From a virus (Duplodnaviria; Caudoviricetes): a stretch of 64,000 nucleotides of DNA. The stretch lies in the IMG/VR virus record IMGVR_UViG_3300028591_000087, positions 96,001-160,000 of that record; one strand, given 5' to 3'. The position numbers and the translations under genes are program-made. Positions 35,441 through 46,305 of this stretch are shown here, one piece after another (the stretch's first letter is position 1; every line of letters starts with the position of its first letter). The notes under the pieces are model-generated. The model ran no database searches, was not told the origin of the DNA, and worked only from the letters and a program-made list of their open reading frames with translations.

Positions 35441-38400
35441 CTTCTTCGCTCTCTCCTTGTGCTCTTTCACTTCTCAGAACTATGCTACCGTTAGCAAATA
35501 TCTCATCAATTTTATATAATTGATGTCCAGGAGTTCCACTATACTTTTTGCTCACAAATTCAGTACCACGGCGTAATCCTGTTACTACGAGCATACTTCC
35601 TCTCTTAAACCAAGATCTTTCAACTATTTGTTTCGTTCCATCCGCTCTGCGCTGACTAATTTGTCGATCAAACATTGCGAAAAACTCTTTTGTGAACTTA
35701 ACTGTGATAACGCTATTATCTGATGCCAATAGGGTAACAGTTGACTTCATTTTATTCTTCGCTATAACTGTCCCGCAAATGCGCGCCAGCTTATAGATCG
35801 GAATGTGACCGCGCCACAAACTCTCAACCAGAGGCTCTTCCGGCAACTGACTGTAATCAATCAATCCATATTTCCTCTTGTTTACATTTGCAAGTTCATG
35901 TTCATGGTCGTAGAAACACATAACTTCCATTTCCCAACTTGAATAATTACCCTTTGCGTATTTATCCCAATCAGCCACAAAGATTTCTTTATTCAATCTA
36001 TAAAGAACTTCATCCTGATTATTCTTCATCCATTCGCGCACTTTATCCATTTCAACCTGGTATACTTTATCCCACGTCTTGCAATTCAACAACAGATTTC
36101 CATCTATTGGGATATCATATCTACCATTTATGAAGTTCAATGCTCTATCATCTAATACGAAGAAATCTCCTCGTTTACATTTATCTTTCAGATATCTATT
36201 AAATTCAAATACCTTTCTTTGTTCATTCAATTCATCTGGCAACATATTTCTTTGAATCAAACCATTCATATTCTGTAACGTGATTCTCTTTTTACGATCA
36301 CACGTTGCATATATATATTTCGCCATTATATGTTTTCTTTCATCAAACTTATCAAATGCGCCAGACTTAATCAAAGATATCATTGGCTGTTTGCCTAACC
36401 GCACTTTTCCGCAGAACTGTTCAAATGATATATAAGGACGATTATCAATTATCTGAGCGATAACATCCTCACCCACATTTAACAATCCTTTCATACCAAA
36501 CATAATTGCATTTTCCTTTACATTCGGTGTGAATCCATATTCTGAGACATTTATGTCAATCGGCAGAACCTTAATTCCACGACCTTTAATATCATTTACT
36601 GCCTTTGCGATCTTTCCATAGTTTGTTTGTCCTTTTTCTTCCGGATCGACAGCTCCACTATTGACAATCAAACAAGCTGAGTTCCAATATACTGGGCTAA
36701 ATTGTGTTGCCAATATAATTGTCTGAATACCTACGAAGCTATAAGGCAAACTATGATTCAAACTAAATGCATATCCTAACTGTGGGCGAACCGCAATTTC
36801 CCAGATATAATCCGCATTTGCGCCAACCGCATCATATACCTTTTGCTTCAACTCTGGGATTCTCTTTTGTTGCTTTTTCGCCACAATCTTTCTTGCATCA
36901 TTCGCATCTTTCAATGAGAACTTTGCTATATCTGGATCCATCAGAATCTGCATCATTTGCTCTTGGATTGCACAACATCCATAATACGTGTCACAATACT
37001 TATGCATTGCTTCACGCATCTTGTCGGGCAATCCACTTCTCTGCATTTCAATATCAAATAATCTAATTCCGCCATCTCTGATCCGCACATATCTATCTTG
37101 CTGGCTCTCCACACCAGGTTCAGACATCAAACGAATCATTGCATTGGCTGCTGTCATTTCAAGAGGATTCGTTGCTTTAATCATCTTAGCCATTGCCAAT
37201 CCAACACCACTGTTAAACTGGAACACATCCAATACGTCACCTTTTGCAAGATGATCCCAAATCTTTTGATCTGTTGTGTCAATATGTTCCGGATGAAGAT
37301 ATTCATCATAAAATGATCTTAAATCCATATCTGGGATTTCTTTATTTGATTTCAAAAGTTTATAACACTCAATGATTTTATCACAAACTTCTGTTACCAA
37401 GAAGTCATATTTTGTGTCGCCGGCTGCCTCAGCCATGTGAAGATCATAACACGTTGTTAAATCTCCATCTTTACCTCTCATAATCGCAGCCGTATCATAC
37501 AAAGTTGCGGGATCATATAAAATTGTGCCAGATGCGTGGATACCTCTTGACTTAACTATTCCTTCAATGTTTATTATAATATCTGCTAATCCAGGATATT
37601 TCGCCAATTCTGTTATCATTGCCGGAACTGGACGTTTACCTAAAACTTCATTTCCCTTCATACAATCCTCAAAAGAATAGATAATTCCACGAGGTTGCGG
37701 AATTAATGTTGTAATATAGTTTGCAATATCAACATCAATTCCATCCGGGAACTCTTCACTTCTATATCCACGACAAGCTGTTTGAATCGCACTTCTTGTC
37801 GCTTCTGTGCCGAATGTAACAACCTGCACCAAACCCAACTCGCCACGTTCTTCTCTGATCTTCTCAAAGATCAACGGACGAATACTTGATGCCAAGTCAA
37901 TATCAATATCTGGCAATTCCGCACGTTCCATATTCAAAAATCTCCAATATGGAAGTCCCCATTTTATTGGATCTAATTGCGTAATACCAAGAAGATAATT
38001 ACTAAGAAAGCCAGTAGCACTTCCGCGTCCAGGACCAACAATAGACCCGCATTCCCAGAAAAGGTCAATATAGTGTTTAAAAGTATTAAAATAAGCAAAA
38101 AGACACGTACCAAGTCGGTCACCAATATGTCTAATAACTCTTGCTTCTTGCTCTATTCTATCTACATAATCTTCATGTTCGTTCCACACCCCAATCTTCT
38201 CCTGAAGAGCGTCCCAAACATCATTAATCCATTGACGCTCTTGAGGTTCGTTGGATACGAACAGACTGCCGATTGTACTATAACATCCATCCTTAAAATC
38301 ATCTGCATACTGGGTATTATTTCCCCACCATGCAAATGGCTTTGGAGGATTAATTTCTACGGTCGGTATTCTCTGATTCTTCAACAGAGAATAATCCTGT

Positions 38401-39278
38401 ATACTATTTTTCATATCAATGGAAAACTCGAACATTCTGTCAATCCATTCATCTTCAAAAGAAGCCCTTAAATGTTCACGACATTCGTCCTCGCTCATAA
38501 GATATGCATAACGATAGAATGCATCAGTCTCTCTGTCTCCATCCTTGGATTTCAGATAAGCCTCATGCGCGAACCGCAAATCTTTACTTAGATAATGACT
38601 ATCTGTGCCGGGAATCATTTTCAATCCCCATTGCTCTGCACATTCTTTTAACATTTTATTGGCAATAATCTGATCATCATATTCAGCTGGGGCGCACTCG
38701 ATATAAAAATCATCCTTGCCAAATGTATCAATACAAAATTGTAAGAACTCATCAATTGATTTTTCATTCAATGAATCCTTAATTCCTGCGGTCATGCTCA
38801 AATGCTTTTGCAATAATCTCGACGACAATTCACCACCAAGACATGCAGTTGTTCCAATTACATGACCTTTATATTCTTTCATCACTTCCGCAAGTTCGCT
38901 CTTTAATGTTGGAACTCTCTCTTGAAACCAATCATATTTATTATACCATGCTTTAGAACTTAGAATGCGGAGTGCCTTATGTCCTAATTCATCTTTTGCA
39001 ATCAAGATAAAATGATAATATACTTGACGCTGTTCTCTTGTGTCTGTTAGATAAATCTCATTACCTAATGCCACTTTGAAGTCGGGATATTTTTCTTTTA
39101 TCTCTTGTGCATATTTATTCACTTCAATGTGACAACATAACGCTTCATGATCTGTGATTGCAATACCAGAAAGACCTAATTGAATAGCTCTGTCAATTAG
39201 GTCTTTGGGTTTGTTAATAGAATCAATCAAACGGATGTTGCTATACATGGTGTGATTATGATCATTGAAAAACGCCAT
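35430..39278 (-). CDS. dnaE: DNA polymerase III alpha subunit (family C)
   Basis: PHP domain HNHT..AITDH, GPGRGSA, PDIDID, GIHASG; no internal TAG. Confidence 0.95.
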   Translation of the reverse strand: MAFFNDHNHTMYSNIRLIDSINKPKDLIDRAIQLGLSGIAITDHEALCCHIEVNKYAQEIKEKYPDFKVALGNEIYLTDTREQRQVYYHFILIAKDELGHKALRILSSKAWYNKYDWFQERVPTLKSELAEVMKEYKGHVIGTTACLGGELSSRLLQKHLSMTAGIKDSLNEKSIDEFLQFCIDTFGKDDFYIECAPAEYDDQIIANKMLKECAEQWGLKMIPGTDSHYLSKDLRFAHEAYLKSKDGDRETDAFYRYAYLMSEDECREHLRASFEDEWIDRMFEFSIDMKNSIQDYSLLKNQRIPTVEINPPKPFAWWGNNTQYADDFKDGCYSTIGSLFVSNEPQERQWINDVWDALQEKIGVWNEHEDYVDRIEQEARVIRHIGDRLGTCLFAYFNTFKHYIDLFWECGSIVGPGRGSATGFLSNYLLGITQLDPIKWGLPYWRFLNMERAELPDIDIDLASSIRPLIFEKIREERGELGLVQVVTFGTEATRSAIQTACRGYRSEEFPDGIDVDIANYITTLIPQPRGIIYSFEDCMKGNEVLGKRPVPAMITELAKYPGLADIIINIEGIVKSRGIHASGTILYDPATLYDTAAIMRGKDGDLTTCYDLHMAEAAGDTKYDFLVTEVCDKIIECYKLLKSNKEIPDMDLRSFYDEYLHPEHIDTTDQKIWDHLAKGDVLDVFQFNSGVGLAMAKMIKATNPLEMTAANAMIRLMSEPGVESQQDRYVRIRDGGIRLFDIEMQRSGLPDKMREAMHKYCDTYYGCCAIQEQMMQILMDPDIAKFSLKDANDARKIVAKKQQKRIPELKQKVYDAVGANADYIWEIAVRPQLGYAFSLNHSLPYSFVGIQTIILATQFSPVYWNSACLIVNSGAVDPEEKGQTNYGKIAKAVNDIKGRGIKVLPIDINVSEYGFTPNVKENAIMFGMKGLLNVGEDVIAQIIDNRPYISFEQFCGKVRLGKQPMISLIKSGAFDKFDERKHIMAKYIYATCDRKKRITLQNMNGLIQRNMLPDELNEQRKVFEFNRYLKDKCKRGDFFVLDDRALNFINGRYDIPIDGNLLLNCKTWDKVYQVEMDKVREWMKNNQDEVLYRLNKEIFVADWDKYAKGNYSSWEMEVMCFYDHEHELANVNKRKYGLIDYSQLPEEPLVESLWRGHIPIYKLARICGTVIAKNKMKSTVTLLASDNSVITVKFTKEFFAMFDRQISQRRADGTKQIVERSWFKRGSMLVVTGLRRGTEFVSKKYSGTPGHQLYKIDEIFANGSIVLRSERAQGESEEDVA

Positions 39279-39299
39279 GATAAACAATTCCTTTCTTTC

Positions 39300-39339
39300 A
39301 TTCTATATATATTATATCATTTTTTTATATAAAAATCAA
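39300..39339 (-). promoter_or_regulatory. SigmaA-type promoter for dnaE
   Basis: TTGATT...TGATATAAT-ATATATAGAA. Confidence 0.75.
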
Positions 39340-40523
39340 ACGTGAAAATTCTTAACAATGATCAACTTTTGCGCAGCCCGTGTAGTCGCTGTATAGAGCC
39401 ATCGCGCATGATCCTCTCTGGTTTCACCTTTTAAAAACTCTTCCAACACAATCACTTTATTAAATTCACTACCTTGTGATTTATGACAAGTAATTGCATA
39501 TCCGTAATCAAACTCATGCGGATGAAAGATTTTTGGAATCTTTTTCCAATTACTATTGTATCCTCTTGTTACAGTTGTTTCACCTTCGGTTAATAGCTTA
39601 TAGTCAACCTCAATTCCGCAGAATGTATCGGCATCATCATAGTCCGGCATAAAGTCAATTATAGGAGTACGTTTCATCCATGGATTTTCTTTTGGACCTT
39701 CTCCATATTCAATACCGATTAATTTTCCAGTTAATCCATTAACAAGAGCGTCACCATTCATATTGGTAATTTCCCAATCATTGCGCAAACATATAAGCCT
39801 GTCGCCTACAATAGGTTCTGGCGAATATTCATCAAGCCAGATTGTGCGACGCATTTTATCGTTAATCAATCGGCGTGTATCGTTCTTCCCGCATATTATC
39901 TGATCCGCCCAAAAGAAGAAACCCTGTTTTAAAATTTCATTTCGATCTACTATTCGTACCTCTTGACCCATCTGATACTTTAACGGATTACCGGCACGAA
40001 TATCCATTGTAAGCTGAATGATTTCACTTTCCGCAGCCTGGCGCATAACTTCATCGAGAAATACGTGCGGGTGCACAAGTGCATCATTCATTTCAGCGGC
40101 GACCGGAGGCAACTGACCTGGATCGCCAAGAGCAATAACATGGACTCCATAGAACAACAATTGATCCCACATTTTCTTAGGAAGCATAGAAATCTCATCA
40201 ACAACAATAAGACGATATGGAGCAAGTGTTTCAACAGGAACATGAATGAAAGTGCCATCATTACGAGGATGTGATTTATACAATAATTTATGTGCAGTCA
40301 TTGCATTCTGACAACCTTTTGATCTAAGTACCTGCGCGGCTTTGCCTGTGTATGCAATATATGCCACTAACGCTGGATCTATATCTAATGCTGCAATGAT
40401 AAAACGAATAAGGGTAGATTTTCCTACCCCTGCATAACCGGCAATTACTGTATAAGGTTCGTGGTTGTTATATCGTTCGATCGCTATCTTCAATCCTTGC
40501 TCTTGCTTTGCTGTAAGTATCAT
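39336..40523 (-). CDS. SF1 RecD/Dda-like helicase
   Basis: GYAGVGKST, VVDEISM, LGDPGQLPPV, YAITCHKSQGSEF, YTATTRA. Confidence 0.9.
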   Translation of the reverse strand: MILTAKQEQGLKIAIERYNNHEPYTVIAGYAGVGKSTLIRFIIAALDIDPALVAYIAYTGKAAQVLRSKGCQNAMTAHKLLYKSHPRNDGTFIHVPVETLAPYRLIVVDEISMLPKKMWDQLLFYGVHVIALGDPGQLPPVAAEMNDALVHPHVFLDEVMRQAAESEIIQLTMDIRAGNPLKYQMGQEVRIVDRNEILKQGFFFWADQIICGKNDTRRLINDKMRRTIWLDEYSPEPIVGDRLICLRNDWEITNMNGDALVNGLTGKLIGIEYGEGPKENPWMKRTPIIDFMPDYDDADTFCGIEVDYKLLTEGETTVTRGYNSNWKKIPKIFHPHEFDYGYAITCHKSQGSEFNKVIVLEEFLKGETREDHARWLYTATTRAAQKLIIVKNFHV

Positions 40524-40737
40524 TCTCTTTGTTCTCCAATACCCAATCTAAAATACTTCTTATTTGTTTTAATTCATCTATTGACAATTCTAACCACTGA
40601 AAGCTTTCTGGAATAGCGATGATTTTTATACCCATATCATGAGTCATTTCATCAACCTGTTGAACGATATCTCGTATTTGATTTATATCAAACTTCCACA
40701 GTGGATACTGTAATAAAATGTATTTTTTATCTTCCAT
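40468..40737 (-). CDS. Hypothetical protein
   Basis: Track ORF in operon context. Confidence 0.55.
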   Translation of the reverse strand: MEDKKYILLQYPLWKFDINQIRDIVQQVDEMTHDMGIKIIAIPESFQWLELSIDELKQIRSILDWVLENKENDTYSKARARIEDSDRTI

Positions 40738-40767
40738 AATAATACCATAACTTTCTTATGTTGTCAA
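40738..40767 (-). promoter_or_regulatory. SigmaA-type promoter
   Basis: TTGACA...TGGTATTAT. Confidence 0.6.
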
Positions 40768-42500
40768 AAATCCCAAGATGATACTGTTTCGAAGAAATAA
40801 TCAATAATCTTTATTTGCGGATATTCACCATTCCAGTCATTAATTTCGCAAGTACCAATAACTGTAATAGTTTTATCCAAAAGATTTTCATATTCTTCAA
40901 TATTACTACCAAACTTAATAATTGAAGTTTGTTTTGGTTTAAGATCTATTCTTAATGTGCCTTTTTGCAATAAATTAACCGCAATAGGATCACTTAGTTT
41001 TATATGTTCAATTGCAACAATTGGTTCTGGAACGCCTTGACCCCACACATCTTTATAACGCGCAATATCAATAATTGTGGAATCAAAATCATCAGCCATT
41101 GTCCAAATAAAATCTACTTCGTATACTTTTTCAAAAATTGTTGTGCCGAAATCTTCTCTTACCTTATTTTTAAACCGCTCCAACCCATCAGGAGTAAAAC
41201 TGACGCCAAATGCCATAGCATGACCTTGAGCAAAAATGGCGCAGCCAGATTGAACAATATAATCACGCCAATTTCCAACCCCAGCAGTATTAAACCCTCT
41301 TCCGCTACCCAACCATCTAATTTCCCCAGTATCGCAATCCACGCATTGGTTAAGAATGAGGGTTGGCTTACTGTACGTAGCCATAATGCTGTTAGCAACA
41401 AGCCCAGTAATACCTCTAATAGGATCATCATCAGAAACTCCCTTGTTTTGAATAATAATTAATGGTTCATCAGCAAGTTTATATTTCTCAATTTTATCAT
41501 ACATTTCTTCAAGCAATTTCTTCTTTTCATCATCTTGATGACGTTTTACATTAGAAGCGTGTCGAACTGCTTGAACTACTCTAAGTTCTTCATCGTCTTT
41601 TTTAGCACCACGCTTATCACTTGGAATGAGTTGACCAGCTTTCCAAGAGAGCATAGATTCAAATACTAATAATTTATCTTCGTCACTACCAATACGGGTC
41701 ACCGCATTAATAAATGGAACAATATACCAGGCAACTGAATGCGGATTAAACTTACTTTTCATTGAAAATTCATTCTTATCCGCAAGATATACAAAGAATG
41801 GATTGTTTACTTGCTTAAATCCTTCTGTTATATAATAATTAGTTTCTGGTGACCGCATATCCATCATATCACCGGTTAAACCGAGGGCAACGAGATCGAG
41901 GTAATATGATACGGCTCCTTCTTTTCGTTGTAGCCTATCCATACATTGTAAGGTCTTATATACCACACCAACTCCGGAGAGGGTTTTATTGGCATACCCA
42001 GAAAGCTGATTGTTGACAATAATCGCAGGATCGCCGGTAATATCTCTATCGGTTTCATGGTGGTCCAAAACGATGACATCCACTCCTCTCTCGGCAAGAT
42101 TTTCATGTATCTCTCTTTCATTGCTGGAAGAATCTGGAGCGATAACCAATGTGCATCCTTCGGGAATATCATCAACGTTAATACCGTGAAGCTTCGCTTT
42201 GTGCAATCCATAATGCCAGTTTCGTTCCACTGTTGCTGGGGCGATGTCGTGCATATAGTTGAGCAACAGGGCTGAAGATGTGTATCCATCACAATCACTA
42301 TCCACCTGTATATAAACTGTCTCTTGGCGCACGAGTGCTTTTAACATACGTCTCGCAGCCTGTTCTGTGTTATCTAAATCATAACAATCTAATTGATCAT
42401 TTTCTGATGGATTCAAAAAATGCCAATCAGTATCTCTTAAATATAAAACACGGGATATAGGATCTAATCCTTCGCCGCCTTTTCTTAATTTAATCTCCAT
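40764..42500 (-). CDS. recJ: RecJ-like ssDNA exonuclease (DHH family)
   Basis: DSDCDG, LDHH, LSGVGV, GSGR and GHAMAFG motifs. Confidence 0.9.
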   Translation of the reverse strand: MEIKLRKGGEGLDPISRVLYLRDTDWHFLNPSENDQLDCYDLDNTEQAARRMLKALVRQETVYIQVDSDCDGYTSSALLLNYMHDIAPATVERNWHYGLHKAKLHGINVDDIPEGCTLVIAPDSSSNEREIHENLAERGVDVIVLDHHETDRDITGDPAIIVNNQLSGYANKTLSGVGVVYKTLQCMDRLQRKEGAVSYYLDLVALGLTGDMMDMRSPETNYYITEGFKQVNNPFFVYLADKNEFSMKSKFNPHSVAWYIVPFINAVTRIGSDEDKLLVFESMLSWKAGQLIPSDKRGAKKDDEELRVVQAVRHASNVKRHQDDEKKKLLEEMYDKIEKYKLADEPLIIIQNKGVSDDDPIRGITGLVANSIMATYSKPTLILNQCVDCDTGEIRWLGSGRGFNTAGVGNWRDYIVQSGCAIFAQGHAMAFGVSFTPDGLERFKNKVREDFGTTIFEKVYEVDFIWTMADDFDSTIIDIARYKDVWGQGVPEPIVAIEHIKLSDPIAVNLLQKGTLRIDLKPKQTSIIKFGSNIEEYENLLDKTITVIGTCEINDWNGEYPQIKIIDYFFETVSSWDF

Positions 42501-43603
42501 TAAACATTCACTCTATTCTTATACAATTCTTTAAATACATCTGGTCCTTTATCAATCGGACTATCTTTATATCCCAATTTGTTCTTCGTATCAAGTATAA
42601 AACTTATATTGACAAATCCAGAGTATTTGAGATTGATCGCACGAAGGTTCTTAGTCCAATGCTCATATTCTGCATCACCTAACTTTTGATACTGTCTATC
42701 AAAAGCAATTATAATTTCCTTGGCTCCGCACTCAATCAATTTAGTTATTTGCCAGTAGCTAACTGCGCTACCACAACAAGCAACAGATATATCGCTATCT
42801 TTTCCGAAATAACTTCTATAAAGCAAACAGGATTTTTCTCCTTCAAATACGATTGCTTTATGAAATTTTCCTATATTTTGCTTACTATTGTTTAAGTTAT
42901 AAAGATTTAATCCAAGAGGATGGTTATACATTTGTCCATTTAATATCATTGGACGATATTTACCATATAGTTCTGCTTCTTCTTTTCCAAGAGTACGACC
43001 ACGTAAACCAATAAATCCACCATTTTCATCGAAGTGCGGAATAGTTATCTGATCTGTTGATGGACAGAAACCAATCCACGCATCTTTGAGGATTTCATTG
43101 GTCATTCCCTCGTCCAACCAATCACCAATCCGAGGATAGCAAAGACGATCAAGAATATGATAATCATATGTTTTTAACTCAATTCTCTTTTGATCTTCTG
43201 GCAGGACTTTTATGCGTGCGTACTTATCGAAGACACCCATGTCTGGAAGTCCTCCAAAGTCATCTTCTGTGTCAATATATTCTCCAGAGATTCCGAATTT
43301 TTGGGCCACATATCTAACTCCGTTGTACAATGCCCATTCGGATCCTGGATTTGTAAGGTTATGGACTTTACATACCAATTCGAATATATCGAAGGTAGCA
43401 TCGCAGCCAGTATAGCATCGAAACAGTCTTGTGTTTTCATAATAGTATAACTTATGGCTCCCTTCTCCTGGATGATTATGACAAATGGTGCCCGCAATAA
43501 AACCAAATGATGTTTCTTGCGGGTCACCGCCGAAATCACGGACTAAATCTTCAACCATATCAGTAGTTAATTGTTCCTTGATTTCATCTTTGTCAAATTT
43601 CAT
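42500..43603 (-). CDS. dnaG: DNA primase (zinc finger plus TOPRIM)
   Basis: ICHNH..CYTGC zinc finger, VFEGEKS, IAFDR. Confidence 0.8.
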   Translation of the reverse strand: MKFDKDEIKEQLTTDMVEDLVRDFGGDPQETSFGFIAGTICHNHPGEGSHKLYYYENTRLFRCYTGCDATFDIFELVCKVHNLTNPGSEWALYNGVRYVAQKFGISGEYIDTEDDFGGLPDMGVFDKYARIKVLPEDQKRIELKTYDYHILDRLCYPRIGDWLDEGMTNEILKDAWIGFCPSTDQITIPHFDENGGFIGLRGRTLGKEEAELYGKYRPMILNGQMYNHPLGLNLYNLNNSKQNIGKFHKAIVFEGEKSCLLYRSYFGKDSDISVACCGSAVSYWQITKLIECGAKEIIIAFDRQYQKLGDAEYEHWTKNLRAINLKYSGFVNISFILDTKNKLGYKDSPIDKGPDVFKELYKNRVNV

Positions 43604-43613
43604 TTTAAACTCC

Positions 43614-43871
43614 TTATGCGGTCATTACATCTTCAAGCATTGCCGGAGTGCGTGGACCTGTTATAGCCTCGTCTTCCAGCACAAGGGAGGTTACATAACC
43701 CAACAGACCATAAGTCTGATTAATGTAGTCCATAGCAAACTGGAACTTATCACCCTTCACGTCCTTAGTCAGATCCTCAAACGTGCGACGGGGCATAATA
43801 TATTCCAGTTCACGACCCCAAAACATCTTCTTACCTCTGTTTACACCCTTGTTCTTTTTCTGCTTTGCCAT
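43614..43871 (-). CDS. Hypothetical protein
   Basis: Track ORF, tightly packed with neighbours. Confidence 0.65.
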   Translation of the reverse strand: MAKQKKNKGVNRGKKMFWGRELEYIMPRRTFEDLTKDVKGDKFQFAMDYINQTYGLLGYVTSLVLEDEAITGPRTPAMLEDVMTA

Positions 43872-44031
43872 TTTCTTGTTCTACTCCCATCATATTTTTT
43901 ATTAATCTTTTTGAATATTTTAAACCAGCAGTCCAACGTGGGTCAACTGGCAATTCTTCCGCAGCCACTGCATCAATTAATTTTAATGCATCTTCACCAC
44001 ATATGTAATGTTTTCCTTCGTAATAAATCAT
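43831..44031 (-). CDS. Hypothetical protein
   Basis: ATGA overlap with the dnaB stop. Confidence 0.6.
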   Translation of the reverse strand: MIYYEGKHYICGEDALKLIDAVAAEELPVDPRWTAGLKYSKRLIKNMMGVEQENGKAEKEQGCKQR

Positions 44032-45578
44032 TCTTCGTCTTCCTCAAATGCACTGAAATCATTGATTATAACTTTTAGATCATCAATTCCAATCCATTCA
44101 TACATAAAGTCTGTCATATACATCGGTTTAATTCTGCATGTACCCAAATCTGCATCACACCATAAGATAACGCTCTTATATCTTCCTCGTCTATTCTTAT
44201 AGATTGAAAGTTTAATCTTTGGAGTTGGGAACTGTGGATTACGTTGAATAATTGATTCCAAACTGCCAAGATCTTGTTCTTTTACAGGAAGAAGAATACT
44301 ACCATAGTCAATTTTATCCGCTATTGCTTTTGCACCACGAAGTAGGTTCTGGTCTGGTGTTTTACTATCTTGATAATCACCATTAAGCTGAGTTGCGCTC
44401 ATAATAAATACATTATTCTTTACGCATATATCTTTAATACGTGCGCTCAATAGGAACAGAATATTATCTTCACGAAGTGCAACTTTACCTGCGCGACGGC
44501 TAATTTCTTCCAAAATCTTCAAAGATGTATGAATATAATCGTGGAACACATACTGAATATCCTTTTCGCGCAAATTGCGCTTAATTGTATTTTCTACATC
44601 TTGCAAATTGAAATCTGGAAGAACTTCAATGTACAAAGGACTATTCTTGATAACCTGAGCTGCCCGCATTACCCTATCTCGTTCATCATTTTCATAACGA
44701 CCAGTTAAAATATGTTCTTCATTAACATTAGACAAGAAAGCTAACATCATTGTCTGGATCTCAGCTTTATCTTGCTCTGTTCCAATAAACAATGTCGGGA
44801 AAGTTCTACCATTCTTGCGCCAACCAAATTGCTCATCATAAAACCAATCACAAGCTATGTAACAGGCATCCGCAATCATACTTCTCGTTTTGCCAACTCC
44901 AGTAGGGGCAGAACGCAAATAAAACTTTCCAAGCCGGGCTCCTCTAGTAATAGTATTGATGTAATTTCCATAGAGTTGTACACCAACATCAGGAGTTGTT
45001 TCAAATGAAGTAATAAGTTCTTCAATACCATCACCCGCAGAGAAACTTCCAGCACCATCATCATTGTCAACAAATTTTGCTTTAATTGCATCAATTTTTT
45101 CATCTATTTTATTGACAATTTCAGATGGAGTAACATGATCTAACCATTCTTCTTGTGCTTCTTTCTTACGACTATCCAAAATATTATCTGGATCATACAA
45201 CCAAGAAAGATCCATTCCAAGATTATTATACATACGTAGAATTGTCATTTTCCGCATGCGCTTATAATAATAATCAAATGTAGAACGTATTGCTACTTCA
45301 CTAATTTTTTGTAGCCATTCATTTCCATGATTTATATCATATATTGCCTTTACTTTTGGATGATTTTCCAAGAAATCATTTATTGCTTCAATAGTAAACC
45401 GAGTTGCTCCATCTTCATGTAGTTTAAACATAGTTCCAATAATTATTTTATGAAACTCGTTTGGAAAATCTTCTTCGTTTATATTATATGTATCACCTGC
45501 ATCCAAAATACTTGGATCATTATAAATGCACCCTATTACTTGCACTATTGATGTGCTATCTACATATTTAGACGCCAT
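44028..45578 (-). CDS. dnaB: Replicative DnaB-like helicase
   Basis: SAPTGVGKT, FHDYIH, SATQLN, IADKID and KNRRG motifs. Confidence 0.88.
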   Translation of the reverse strand: MASKYVDSTSIVQVIGCIYNDPSILDAGDTYNINEEDFPNEFHKIIIGTMFKLHEDGATRFTIEAINDFLENHPKVKAIYDINHGNEWLQKISEVAIRSTFDYYYKRMRKMTILRMYNNLGMDLSWLYDPDNILDSRKKEAQEEWLDHVTPSEIVNKIDEKIDAIKAKFVDNDDGAGSFSAGDGIEELITSFETTPDVGVQLYGNYINTITRGARLGKFYLRSAPTGVGKTRSMIADACYIACDWFYDEQFGWRKNGRTFPTLFIGTEQDKAEIQTMMLAFLSNVNEEHILTGRYENDERDRVMRAAQVIKNSPLYIEVLPDFNLQDVENTIKRNLREKDIQYVFHDYIHTSLKILEEISRRAGKVALREDNILFLLSARIKDICVKNNVFIMSATQLNGDYQDSKTPDQNLLRGAKAIADKIDYGSILLPVKEQDLGSLESIIQRNPQFPTPKIKLSIYKNRRGRYKSVILWCDADLGTCRIKPMYMTDFMYEWIGIDDLKVIINDFSAFEEDEE

Positions 45579-46107
45579 TTACTTTTTCATCCTCTTTTTC
45601 TATAAATGAGAATTTATTACTTTTCATAGGTTTGCGTTTTGGCGGTGGAATATGAATTTCAATCACATTAGGCTTCCATTGCTCAATAGGTTTAGATTTA
45701 TTTTGCTGAGAAGCCATCCACATAGCTGTGTAATAGTTTCGTGCATCTTCATATACGTAAGGGATAATACCAATTCCGCCACGAGCCTTTTCTATTGAAT
45801 TTCCTTTTACTCCATAAAAATACAAAAGAGTTTTATACATACCACTATATGTATACCCTTTTTCATTGTGATAATCGTCCATTTGTTTCTTTATCTTTGC
45901 GGAAATTGCTTCAATTTTGAATAATTGCTTAATATAATTCTCAAGAATCTGTTTATCTCTTTCTTCTTGAGAAAGTTCAGCATTATGACGATCATAGCAT
46001 GCCTTATGCGCATATCGTGTTTTGTTTATTTGAACATATTCTTCCGCTTCTCTGTGAAAATATTTACTACAATATGGACATTTTACAGGTGCTAACTTTT
46101 TCGCCAT
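45568..46107 (-). CDS. Hypothetical zinc-finger protein upstream of the helicase (possible loader/initiator)
   Basis: CPYC..HKAC; its position suggests a replication role (inference). Confidence 0.6.
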   Translation of the reverse strand: MAKKLAPVKCPYCSKYFHREAEEYVQINKTRYAHKACYDRHNAELSQEERDKQILENYIKQLFKIEAISAKIKKQMDDYHNEKGYTYSGMYKTLLYFYGVKGNSIEKARGGIGIIPYVYEDARNYYTAMWMASQQNKSKPIEQWKPNVIEIHIPPPKRKPMKSNKFSFIEKEDEKVNGV

Positions 46108-46244
46108 TCACGTATCCTTTCCAGACGTTCAATTGCTATATCAAACTCATCTTTTGTTAATATATTGGTCATATATAAAAACATTAAATACCAATGTGCT
46201 TTTTCAAGTCTATACGGAAACTTCGGATTTAATTCTTTATTCAT
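46083..46244 (-). CDS. Small hypothetical protein (TAG 46092 read through to TAA 46083)
   Basis: Directly after a promoter; overlaps the next gene. Confidence 0.45.
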
Positions 46245-46245
46245 A

Positions 46246-46277
46246 TTTATTATATCATAATAAAAGATAAAAGTCAA
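46246..46277 (-). promoter_or_regulatory. SigmaA-type promoter
   Basis: TTGACT...TGATATAAT. Confidence 0.75.
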
Positions 46278-46301
46278 GCGAGCCGTTTTTAGGCTCGCTT
46301 G
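46275..46301 (-). terminator. Intrinsic terminator overlapping the -35 of the downstream promoter
   Basis: CAAGCGAGCC-loop-GGCTCGCTTG followed by ACTTTT on the minus strand. Confidence 0.75.
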
Positions 46302-46305
46302 AATC